Shown here: positions 40,101-52,100 of the stretch, one piece after another
Position numbering within the stretch: the first letter of the stretch is position 1
How the letters are laid out: each line of letters starts with the position of its first letter
NCBI GenBank assembly: GCA_030141605.1
Contig: JAQGDQ010000729.1
Coordinates: 1-64,000, forward strand
Length of the DNA: 64,000 bases
Direction of reading: 5' to 3'
DNA from: Tubiluchus corallicola
Taxonomy: Eukaryota; Animalia; Priapulida
Position numbers and translations under genes: made by a program
Notes under the pieces: model-generated
Told to the model about the DNA's origin: nothing
What the model saw: only the letters and a program-made list of their open reading frames with translations
Database searches by the model: none

Positions 40101-43100
40101 AGGGGAAGGAAAGGGAATTTTAATATCTCAAAAAACTTTCCATGTAAACTTGTATAACTTACCGTTATGCTTACCTGCTTGAAAGACTTAATTTAGGATT
40201 CCCACAGAATTTTAAAATGACTATTCCCTGACCAGATACTGATTTTCAATAACCAAGGCAAGCAGAAATGGCATTACCAGTATACATATTCAAACATTTT
40301 TGTGCGGGGACATTCTTACATATACTGATATGTAATGTATCGGCACAGTTGCAGTAGTGCTAAAGAAATTACACTAATCACATTAAATAAACTTTCTTAA
40401 TCCAATCATTATGTTTGGAATACAAAGCGAAACTGGGAGCCTGTCATAGCAAAATTTTGTTTGAACAAGAATCGCTGAAATATATGTTTGGAGAAATATC
40501 AGTTCACAGTGATTATTTTTGCAACCCTCTCCAATTTCCCTGACTTTTTGCCCCGTTTCCATCATTTCCCTGACTTTTTATCAAATTATCTTTTCCCCTG
40601 ACTTTTCCATGACTTTCCAGGATAGCCCGGATTTTCAAGGACTTTCCAGGATTTTCTCTCAACGTGGGAACCCTGAACTTATGTAAGTGGAAAAAATGTG
40701 TTAATAATTGGTAAAGCCAATTTGTAAAATATGGTTAACTCACCTTCCCAGTGTGCACCACTCACTCGCCAAGAAACCTATTTTCAATCTCACTACAAGA
40801 TAAGGCAATTTAATCTTTTACTTAGATAGTGAAGAGTATGCTACGAATGCTATGCAAACTTTAAGCAATGTTATCTAAATTTGTTTCAAATGATTTATTG
40901 TCAAAATGGCTGCATCTAACGGTCATTGTGGGAGTTTAAATTTACAAGTTTTATACAGCGTTGCTGCTAACATAAGCCCATATCCAGTAAGACAGCATGT
41001 AAGTTGTATAAAATTTCAAGATGATTTTTAAAGCTTTATGTAAATGAAAGGTTTAAGTGCTTTGAACAAAAACACAATACCAAAATTTACCACATCATGA
41101 GTATCACATCAATACATGTACTACATCTTCTGTATCACATCAATACATGTACCATATCATGAATATCATATCAATACATGTACCACATCGTGAGTATCAC
41201 ATCAGTGCATGTACCACATCATGAGTATCACATCAATACATGTACCTCATCATGAGTATCACAACAATAATGTACCACATCGTTAGTATCATATCAATAC
41301 ATGTACCACATCGTGAGTATCACATCAGTGCATGTACCACATCATGAGTATCACATCAATACATGTACCTCATCATGAGTATCACAACAATACATGTACC
41401 ACATCGTGAGTATCATATCAATACATGTACCACATCATGAGTATCACATCAATACATGTACAACATCATGAGTATCGCATCAATACATGTACCACATCAT
41501 GAATATCACAACAATACATGTACCACATCGTGAGTATCACATCAATACATGTACAACATCATGAGTATCACATCAATACATGTACCACATCATGAGTATC
41601 ACAACAATACATGTACAACATCATGAGTATCACATCAATACAAGTACCACAACATGAGCATCACATCAATACACATACCATATCATGAGATTTTGCAGTA
41701 TATACAAAATTTGCGGTGTTATGCCTGTTTATGCAACAATGCTGTGAAATAGGCTAAAACAAAATTTTTTTGACCAAAAAACTTTTTTCATCAGAAAACA
41801 AAGTTGTGCTGCGATATTCCACACACCTTTCTCTAAGTAATGTAGCTCAGATTAGTTCCTAAACAGCACAATTAGATAGCAGCTCACACATGAACAAGAA
41901 GCAAAGGAGACAAGTCATTCAGTTCAGCTTGTAGGCACTTTAAGCAAACTCATTTTTCTTTGTGAAGCTAAAACATCGCCCTACGAAGTATTGAACCTAC
42001 TGCAAACCAATCACATGTGCATTTTATTTTACATAAACTTGATCATTTTGTTATGCTAGATTTCTCAAACAACATGCAATGTTCAGCATTTAAGCAATCT
42101 CAAAAACCCATAAGATAAATCCTTGCTTAACGACTACTCGTTTAGCGATGTTTTGTTTTAATGCGCTAAAGATATGATACCTTATTCTTACTTAAAGATG
42201 CATATTTTACTCTAATAATGATTTTTTAGATTTCTCAGTCATTTTTTTATTTTATCAACAACATTGTTTCTAATTTGAAGCATTAAAAACGTACCTGTTG
42301 TATTACTAGTAATGTAAAACAATACAATTATTTACGTTTTTGCTTTCCAAACAGACTGCTAAATGCTAGTCATTTGTATAATGCGAGATCTATACATGTT
42401 GCATGAATTTTAGGAGTCTTGCCTGTAAACAGTTGCTGTAACAGCCAGTATGTAGACGAAATTATCGCAAGGTCTCCCTACAGCTTGACTTTTATTATGC
42501 AGTGTTCAACCAGTAACTGGATTAGGGTTTCAACGTTAAGGAAAGAGGAACCGCTAGCTACGTATTGGGAAGAAAGACATGTGGTTTCAAGCAAGCCGAA
42601 CGAAATTAATCATTAAAAACATAAATAAAACTCATTAAACGTTTAATTTATATGAATTAAGTATAACAGTAGGGTCGATTTTTGCTTCTGGAACGCGTCT
42701 CAGTTCTTTTACTTTACTTTCTATGGAAGTTCTGGTCTGTTTTACGATGTTTCGCTTAACAATGTATTTTGCTGTAATGCATTAGGGTAGGTAAGTGAGG
42801 AATTACAGTATCTGTAAAAAAGAAACCACGAAATTCACTAATTCACCTTGCATTAATGTCCTGTGCTTGTTTCAAGAATGTGTTGCAGCTGTCTTTGAAT
42901 TCCGGCAGCTTTTCCAGCATATTTGCAACATGCTGTTCGACCAAAGTGAACTAAAAGTAGACAAAATGCTAGTCAAAGTTAAACATAATTTAGTAAAGTT
43001 CCAGTAGCTGCACAACCATTTTCTGGAGAGTTTCCGAATGGTGGTGTTGGCAACATCACAAAATGGAAACATAGAGAGTAATTAAAAATGTATATATGTC

Positions 43101-46100
43101 ATAGCAAAATTGTCCATAAGTCTGCAATTAAGTTCTTCTAGTTATTCACATATCCTGAATCTCCATTTCATGAGGATCATTTTGATACTAAGCTCATCAC
43201 TCTATGTTATTTCTAAGCTGAGATAATCCACGTTGAAGCTGTGAGATCTTGAGAAAATCCCTGTTAAAGTTAGCCATTGTTTTTTGTCGTATTTCTACAA
43301 AACACTTAGCAACCGCACAAATGTTGGTTGCTATGGACTTTGCAAGAGCACATTGAAGTTATGTTCCAATCCAGTAGATGGCACTTCCAGACGAATATCA
43401 AGACTTGGCAACAGAAAAAACCTGAACATGACTGCTTCCAGAAGCTACTATCAGAGTTTGAAAATACAAGTTCTTTTTACAGTTGCAGTACTAGTTTCTA
43501 GCATGAAAATGGGTACAGAGTTACAAAATTAGATTTTTTTGTATTTTTTGAATATATTTTCTTGATAATTTGATGTTAGAATACAATGATCCAATATATT
43601 TAGCATTTGTTTTTATAAAAAGCAAAAAAATGACATTTGACCAAATTTTTCGTACATTCTAATTTTAGCTATAATAACAAAGTTTTAACTATGCTGACCT
43701 ATGGACGGTTTTGGTTTGCATGCACACACACACACACACACACATATACATATACATACATACATAACCCGAAACGAGTAGAAACAAAATTTAATGATGG
43801 CTTAAAATAAAACATATTTACAACTACTTACAAAAATTAAAAATAGTTAACTGCCACTGTTAATTTATGTAATTTTAAACTTATAATTGTAGTATGGGTA
43901 GCAGTAGAGTGCAGCACTGTTGAACAACAATTGACCATCCTCACCTAGGGGTTACTGGGCATGGCCTTTCAAAACTCCTTTTACTGAATATGATTTGTTA
44001 TCTACTGTGTTTTAATTAGCGTATCAAAGCTTCAGTGATGGGAGTCATGCATTACAAATGTAACTACAGTAGACACCGCTTAACAGACTCACGGTTAATA
44101 GACTCAGTCGCTTAATTGACTCAAAAATGCCTGGAATGGGCCGCTTCTATTCAAATGTACGTAAAAACTGTTGGCAACTAACTCAAATAACTCTGCATAA
44201 TTTATTCAATATTTCTCCTTCACATACTCAAAATAAGGCACTTCTCTTTGTATCCAAAGAGCTTTTACTGATTTTATGTCATCTTTGCTTGGCTTTTGTG
44301 CCCTAAATATACATAGAAACAACCACGTTAAGTACATGTAAGCAGGTACAGTATGTTTATCATATGCCCTAATATGTTAGCATAGCGGTTTTGCTTTGAA
44401 TCTGTCACCGGCTTATCCGCTGCAATTTGTAACGTTTGCAAGATACAGCCACAACAGTTTAATAATTAGTGAATACTAAAACAAACGTTTATTAAAAGAG
44501 CATCAGTTTAGATAATCATGAACAAAGCAAATCCCATATTACGTAACTTCTACCTCGTGGTGAGCCCGATTAAATAAATAAGGGAAATCTTAGTAAGACC
44601 AAACATTAAACTGTTAGCCACAGATAAGAACACGTCACATCCTCTTCGTTTTAAAAGTAAGTAACGTAGACCAACTAAACTGAAAAACATCAATGCAGGC
44701 AGATATCAAGGTCACAAAATTAAAGGTCAACATCAAGGTTATTAATACTCAAACTAGGTAACATAATCATTAAGAAACTTAGGTCTCTGAATTCGCCTAC
44801 CAGAACGTGTTCTAATCTCGTTATCATTCCTCTGTCTGTTATCGTTAAGTCTGTCTGGTATCACGTCTTGTTTCTGTCTCATGTTGTCGTATGGGCAGTA
44901 TACAGATTCATCTATATAAGTCTCAGACGTCTTGCGCAGATGAACTCTGTTTCTTCTGTACACGGTTCCACTTTCAGTCTTTACAAGGTAAGACCTTTCA
45001 CCAATCTTCCGTATCACTATAGCTTTCTCCCACATCTTCCCTTTTCGTAGAGGGTCCATACGTACAACATCCCCAACCATTAATTGAATCAAAGGTTTCG
45101 CCTGTTGGTTGTAATATGTAGCTTGGCGATCCTTCTGAGCAATGATTTTCTCTCTAGTATTTGGCACAAGTTTCGGCTCTAGCAAGGAAGATGGCATTAG
45201 TAGAGTAGTTCGTGTCCGTCTTCCAAACAATCGTTGAGCTGGTGATGCATTAAGACCTTCTGCTGGTGTATTTCTATAAGCCAATAGAGACAAGTATGGG
45301 TCTTCTTTTGCAACTAGCGCTTTCTTCATCAAACGCTTAGCAGTGTTGACAGCATTCTCAACTTTGCCATTTGATTTTGGATACCTCGGTGAAGAAGTTT
45401 CATGCTGGAAGCCATAAATTTTAGCAAAAGTTTTAAACTCTTCAGAATCAAATCGCACATTATCAGAACGGAGCATTTCTGGTATTCCATGCCGAGAAAA
45501 ATGTGCTTTCAACTTTGTTACGACTGTTCTAGCTTCTTTTGATTCAAGCTTGTCTATTTCGAAGAAGTTGGAATAATAGTCAACAGTTATGAGATAATCA
45601 GTATTATTTACCTCACACAGATCACTTCCTACAATCTGCCATGGTCGAGTTGCAATTTGTGGAATCAATTCCTCCTTTTGCTGTGACCGTGGATATGCAT
45701 TACAGATTTCACACTTTTGAATGTAAGATTCAAAATCAGCGTTCATCCGAGGCCTGAATACAACTTCACGTGCTCTTCGCAAGCAGCCTTGTATTCCCAG
45801 GTGGCTAGCATGAACCATTCTAATGAAAGACAGCCTTTCGCTTGGTGGGTATACAATTCTCTCACCTTTAAATATCAAACCTTCATTTATTGCCAGTTCA
45901 TCTCTATAATTAAAGTATTGCCGTAGATCTGGTTGTACCTCAGATACTTTGCAAGGCCAGCCAGACCTAATCATAGTTTGCAAAGCTTTCATCTCTGGAT
46001 CGGTCACTGTAGCCACTTTGAGCAATTCAAGTTTCTCATCTTTAAAAGTAGCAGGTACGTATTCCAAAGCACGTACAGTTTCAAATTCTAAAGCAATGTC

Positions 46101-49100
46101 ATCAGTCTCGGGGAGAGAAGCACGAGACAAGGTGTCAGCCATCAGCATGGTTGCTCCTTTCCTATATACTACTTCAACATCATAGTTCTGCAGCACCAAC
46201 ATCATGCGCTGTATTCTCTTAGGAGCACTAAGTATGCTCTTCTTGAGTATGGATTCAAGAGGCTTGTGATCAGTTTCCAGCTTTACTTTACGAGCGTAGC
46301 AGTAGTGGTCAAACTTTTGAATACCAAAAATTAGACTCAGCATTTCCTTTTCAAGTTGCGCATAGTTCTGTTCGGTTGCAGTCAAAGTTCGAGAGGCGAA
46401 CGCAACTGGTTGACCATTCTGCATTAGACATGCACCTAAGCCTGACTGACTGCTGTCACATTGCAGAGTGAGTTCTTCATCTGGGTTGTAATATCTGAGC
46501 ACGGGAGACGTAGTTATGAGCTTTTTAACCTGTACAAATGCCTCTTCTTGTTCAGAGTTCCATCTGAATTCTGTTTTGTCAGACATTAGGTTACTAATAG
46601 GTTTTAAGACTTCAGAAAGCATAGGCAAAAACTTTGCCAGGTAATTGACAAAACCACACAGTCTTCTTACTCCCGTCTTATCGATTGGAGCTGGCATATT
46701 TTGCACCGCTACGACCTTGTCGAGGTCAGCTTTAATACCATTAGCACTCAGAATATGCCCGTGGTATCGCACTTCACTACGTCGAATCTGACTTTTATCT
46801 GGATTCAGTTTTATATTTCTTTCACGACATCGGTCAAAGAATGCTCTAAGTTTGTTGTCATGGTCAACACCGGCTTCTGTAATGGTAGTACCACAACCAT
46901 AAATTAGAACGTCATCGTGGAAGTCTTCTATTCCTTTTAGGCCTTGTATTTGCTCATCCATTTTCTTCTGAAAAATCTCAGGCCAAGCCGAAATCCCAAA
47001 CGGAGCTCTAGTATAACGATATCTACCGAACGGAGTATCAAATGTTGTTAGATCTTTGGTCTTTTCGTCTAGCTTCATGTGATGAAACCCACTTGTCACA
47101 TCGAAAGTAGAAAAGAGCTTCGCATTGCACAGTCTAGGAGTAAGCTCCTCCATTGTAGGAATATGGTAGATTTCTCGTCTGATAGCCTTATTCAGTGGTT
47201 TAGGATCCAAGCAGATTCTGATACTGCCCAAACGTTTAGTAGCAGTTGTGTAAGCGTTAACCCAGTCAGTAGGGTGGTCTACACGTTCAATGATGTTGTT
47301 TTGTTCGAGTCTGTCAAGTTCAGCTTTAAATTTATCTCGCATGTTATAAGGAAGTCGCCTACATGGTTGAACAACTGGCGGTACAGTAGGATCAATTTTC
47401 AAACTTACACATCCAGGGAATTCTCCTGGTACCTCACTGAAAATATCAGAAAATTCAGTTAGTAAAGCATTACAATCAGCAACACTACAAACATCTGAAA
47501 CATGTACTGTAGGCCTAGTACTGCTATCACTACACAACATATTAGCAACATTGGCTGATTCAACCCTTTTGAAGTTATTTTCATTTACAGTAATAAGCTT
47601 CATTTGCTGTGAAGCACAAGAACCTAACAATGGTACATAATTTTCGTTTACGACCAAAAAGTTCACAGAGTAACTTTTCTTATTCACTGGATTTACAATT
47701 GGCAATCTGACTTGCCCAATGGGACTTATTTTAGTTTTGTTCCACATTTCTAACACAGTGTTTACAGTAGCAAGTTTATCACACAAGTGATGTGGCACAA
47801 GTCTTTCAGGTATAATGTTTACACTGGCCCCACAGTCAATCTGAAAAATCGTAGGTGTACCCTCCATAAGCCATTCACTGTAAATCTGAGGCTGTTGTGT
47901 GGTACACTGTTCAGTAGCATGAACAGTATGAGTTACAGTTCCAATCATATACTCATTCGACTTTTCCTCACAGTTTGCCATGCCAAAGACACTTTGGCCT
48001 CTTCTCGACAGAAATGATTTTGCACGAGTGTCAGTTCTACCTCTAGATTTGCACATAGACTGAAAATGATTTCTTCCATGGCAAATGTTACATGTTTTGC
48101 CATAAGCAGGACATTTACTTTTGTCCCATTCATGCTTATGCCCACAGAAGTGACAGTCAATCACCTTTTTCTTAGCACCCGTGGCTTTACTAGCACTACC
48201 TTTATGAGTTTTGGGTTTGACAGCTTGCACTTGTTCAGAGTACGAGGCTTGTTCAGCCTTTATATCTTTAAGTTGACTTGCAGACTCAGCAAACGAGCGA
48301 CAAATAGTTATGCAGCTACTCAATGTTAGTTTCGACTCTTGCAGTAGTCGCTTACGAGTAATATTGTCAGTTATGCCTAGGATTATCCGATCCCGTATCA
48401 GACTCTCAGTTAGATTGCCGTAATTACACCTTTTGGCTAGTGTGCGCAAAGATGAGACATAGGCATCGATTGTTTCACCAGGATTTTGATCGCGTTTATT
48501 AAAACAATATCGTTCGTAAGTTTCATTAGTTTCTCCGACACAAAATGCTTCAAATTTTTGTAGAACCATTGCAACATTTGTTTTGTCTGCCTCATTTTCA
48601 AATTCTAGTCCATCAAAAATTTCCACACACTCAGGACCCAAAACGGTCAATAATGTGGCTGTTCTAACAGCATCATTTGCTTCATTGAGCTTCAAAGCCA
48701 CCTCATAATTGTCCCACACCCGACGAAATTTTCGCCAATTCGCAGCTAAATTTCCATGCAGGTCTAGTCTAGGTGGTGCAGGTAGAACACTATACGGGGA
48801 AGTAACTTGAACATGACCTTCGCCGTCAGCCATTTTATCTTACCACAGTCTTCCCGATAGAAAGTTTGGCGTTACGTAAAGAAGTGATGTTATCAGCGTA
48901 TCAGTAGTTAAGCACTTGCCGATAACTTCCATCCGTACTACCATGTAACGTTTGCAAGATACAGCCACAACAGTTTAATAATTAGTGAATACTAAAACAA
49001 ACGTTTATTAAAAGAGCATCAGTTTAGATAATCATGAACAAAGCAAATCCCATATTACGTAACTTCTACCTCGTGGTGAGCCCGATTAAATAAATAAGCG

Positions 49101-52100
49101 AAATCTTAGTAAGACCAAACATTAAACTGTTAGCCACAGATAAGAACACGTCACACAATTAACCTCATTGTTTCTGGAAACTAAACATTTAATCACTTGC
49201 CCAGCCATTTGCTTTTAAACCTCCTGCTGCTATTCACAAGCTCATCACCAACTGCAGCTCAAGCATGAAGTGAATTGGTGTTTTGTGAGAATACCTGCAG
49301 CAAACAGCAACAGATGTTCAACATTTTTATCAATATCAGAATTTAAAAAAACCAACTTTTTCGTGAAGAAATGAACAACTGACTTTGAAAGAATTTTTGT
49401 AATTTTTAATGGTAATAATCAGATTTTTGCGATTTTTACTTTTTTTTATTAATTCACTTACATAAATTATGCTTCTTAAATAATTGACATTAATTCGTTT
49501 CTAAAATTCATTTAAAGCCTTTGCAATGCATACTGAGGTGAAGAGTGACTCATACTTGTATTGTAATAATATACTAAACCCTTCGGCTATTGACTCAGTT
49601 GGTTAATTGGGTCAAAACACTTCCGTCCCAAAGTGAGTCTATTAAGCGGCGTCTAACTGCAATGAGTCACATGTTTTTAGAAGTACCTTGTAACTACAAC
49701 TAGTTCGTTTTTGTTGTAACTTTTAACTGAAATAATAGTTACTTTTTTACTCTAGAATAAAAAAAAATCAACACTGAGTGCACATAAATATTGTATTCCA
49801 CCCATCATGTTTATGTAATGAGTAGATTAAGCAATTACTCTCTTCGTGCATTAACCTAGTTTCTATGTGGTCATTATTAGTATTAAAATTAGTATTACAC
49901 ATTTTCCGAGAATAAGAGTTTGATTCTAAAATGTGACGTCCCTCAAACTTTGGCACCCTAGGCTATAGCCAAGTTAGCCTATTGGTTAATGTCCCCTGCA
50001 TATAAATATTGTATTGTACCCATGATACTCCTGTTTCAGTACGGTACAATCAGCTGTTGTTGTATAGGAGTTTCTGCCGTGGAAGTGAGCAGCATGACTT
50101 CATTCTAGCGTGAAGTTTGCTGGTCTCAAGCCCACAGCAAATATGATAACTTCACGTAACAGCCACTTTTTAAACGAACCTAACTAGTTACCTTGCTGAC
50201 AGAACTGTAACTGTGACTAGTTACTTTTTTGACAGTGTAACATGTTACTGTAACGAGTTACATTTTCAAATGCAACTGTAACTGTTTACACAACAGTCAT
50301 ATTGGCTAAGGAACTATCCCAACACTGCCGGGTACATAATTAAAATATGCGTACAAATCTACTGCACTATACCACACTTTCTTCTTGTATTTAGCCTATG
50401 ATTTCAAGCAAGCAATACATGTGTGTATTGATTCAATAAGCCAACTGAGCCTATTAACCAACGGGTGTAGTATTACTGGTGTAGAAGTATGAGTCATCAG
50501 CTTAGTATGCGCTGCAAAGTCTGAATTCCTTTGTGCATGTTAAAAATGTTCAAAAAATATTTTAAAATATTAATTTATGTAAGTGAATTACCAATAAATT
50601 AAGAAGTATACTTTTCTAAATCACACAAGTCTATTTATCTGAAAAAATTCCTTCAAAGTCAGTTGCTTCATTGTCGAGAGCTTCAAAAGGAAACTGTTAG
50701 ACCAGAAATTCTTGGTAACGGAGGTTAACTGCAGTGGACGAGATGGTAACAGATTTCAAAGCAAAAGTGTTATCCTAGCGTATTAGCACATGATAGACAT
50801 ACCTGCTTAACACAAAATGGAAGTAAAGATGACATAAAAGTAGGAAAGGCTCTTTGGGCACATACAAATGTCTCATTTTAGACACTTATGCGAAGTTATT
50901 TGAATCTAAGTCTATTAATCATGAGTCTAATAAACAGTACCTACTGTACTATGAAAGCCTACGGGTCGCCTGACTACTCACGTCTTTATAAATGTCTTTT
51001 GAACATTCCGCGGTGTGAATAAACGTCTTGTAGTTATGAAATGCCAATTCCTGCGTTTGTTCCGTAACCAGAGCCCGTTCTTCCGACAGTCTCTCGGGTT
51101 CTCTCACTAAACGAACAAGTAAGTTCAATCAAGGGGGAAGGCAGTTCACAGGCACCAGAGAGAGGTAAATCTTAGAATCTCAAAATTAACACGGAAATAA
51201 TTTTTAACGGATGATTTTGACTAAATAATTAAAAAAATTCTATAATAAATGAACTTTTTAAGAGCTATCTTTAAATTGGCAAAAGAAACATTTTTTTCAT
51301 TTCTTTATTGTTATATTCTTTTAAATCTCAGAACTACAATAAATAGGCCTACTCTAATAATATACGTGCGCTAGCAAACTAAAACCGTCCATAAGTCGGC
51401 ATAGTTGAAACTAGATTATGATGCTTCAAACTAGAAGGCACCAAAAATCTGATCAAATGTCAATTTTCCGTTTTTTGTAAAAACAAACGCTAAATAAATT
51501 GGAGTTTTATGTACTAGCAACAAATTATCAAGAAAATGTACAAAAAATACTAAAAATCTAATTTTATAACTCCGTGCTCACTTTTCTGAGTAGAAATTAG
51601 TACTACAATTGCAAAAAACTTTTAAATTAAAACTCCGATAGTAGCTAGTGGAAGCAGTCATTTTGCTTTGAGTTTTTTCTGTTGCCAAGGCCAGATCTTC
51701 ATCAGAGAGAGCCATCTACTGGATTTAAACATAACTTCAATGTGCTCTTGCAAAATCGTACCAACCATGCACTTATACGGTTGCTAAGTGTTTTGAACAG
51801 AAACAACAAAAAACAATGGCTAACTTTAACAGTGATTTTCTCAAGATTATGTTTTTCAGTGTGAAGCCTGCACCTCACTTCAATAGATTATCTCAGCTTA
51901 GAAATAACATAGAGTGATGAACTTGGTATCAAAATGATCCTCATGAAATGGAGATTCAGGATACATGGATAACTAAAAAAGCTTAATGCCGACTATGGAC
52001 GATCCTGCCATGCACACATATAATGGATGTCAAGCATATTAAAATCTTTTAATAATACAAGGCAAGGAGTAACATTAACTACCAAAAAAAAAAATCAAAC

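Larger units (their letters stand above)
44428..49155 (-). mobile_element. Full-length Ty3/Gypsy LTR retrotransposon (Mag-like) in COG8 intron 3
   Basis: 212-bp LTRs at 44428-44639 and 48944-49155 (TG...CA) with one mismatch seen. 5-bp TSD CAATT (44423-44427, 49156-49160). PBS-like TGGTAGTACGGATGG next to the 5' LTR, polypurine tract AAAACGAAGAGGA next to the 3' LTR, single gag-pol ORF. Confidence 0.97.
44067..49659 (+). mobile_element. Tigger-like MITE family G copy split by the Gypsy insertion
   Basis: Left TIR CAGTAGACACCGCTTAACAGACTCAC, right TIR GTGAGTCTATTAAGCGGCGTCTAACTG. The interior is collinear with the 28526 and 54235 copies on both sides of the LTR element. Confidence 0.82.
44033..50327 (+). 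mobile_element. Older TIR element (CAGTG.TGGG...CCCAACACTG; hAT-like) hosting the nested MITE G and Gypsy
   Basis: CAGTGATGGGAGT at 44033 and ACTATCCCAACACTG at 50327, with GTAACTAGTTAC-type subterminal repeats. The interior at 49830-50190 is homologous to 21200-21750. Confidence 0.65.

Noticed and set aside
44868-48329. Antisense or env-like ORFs in the Gypsy element
   Set aside because: Short shadow frames; only about 115 bp lie between the pol stop and the 3' LTR, leaving no room for env.
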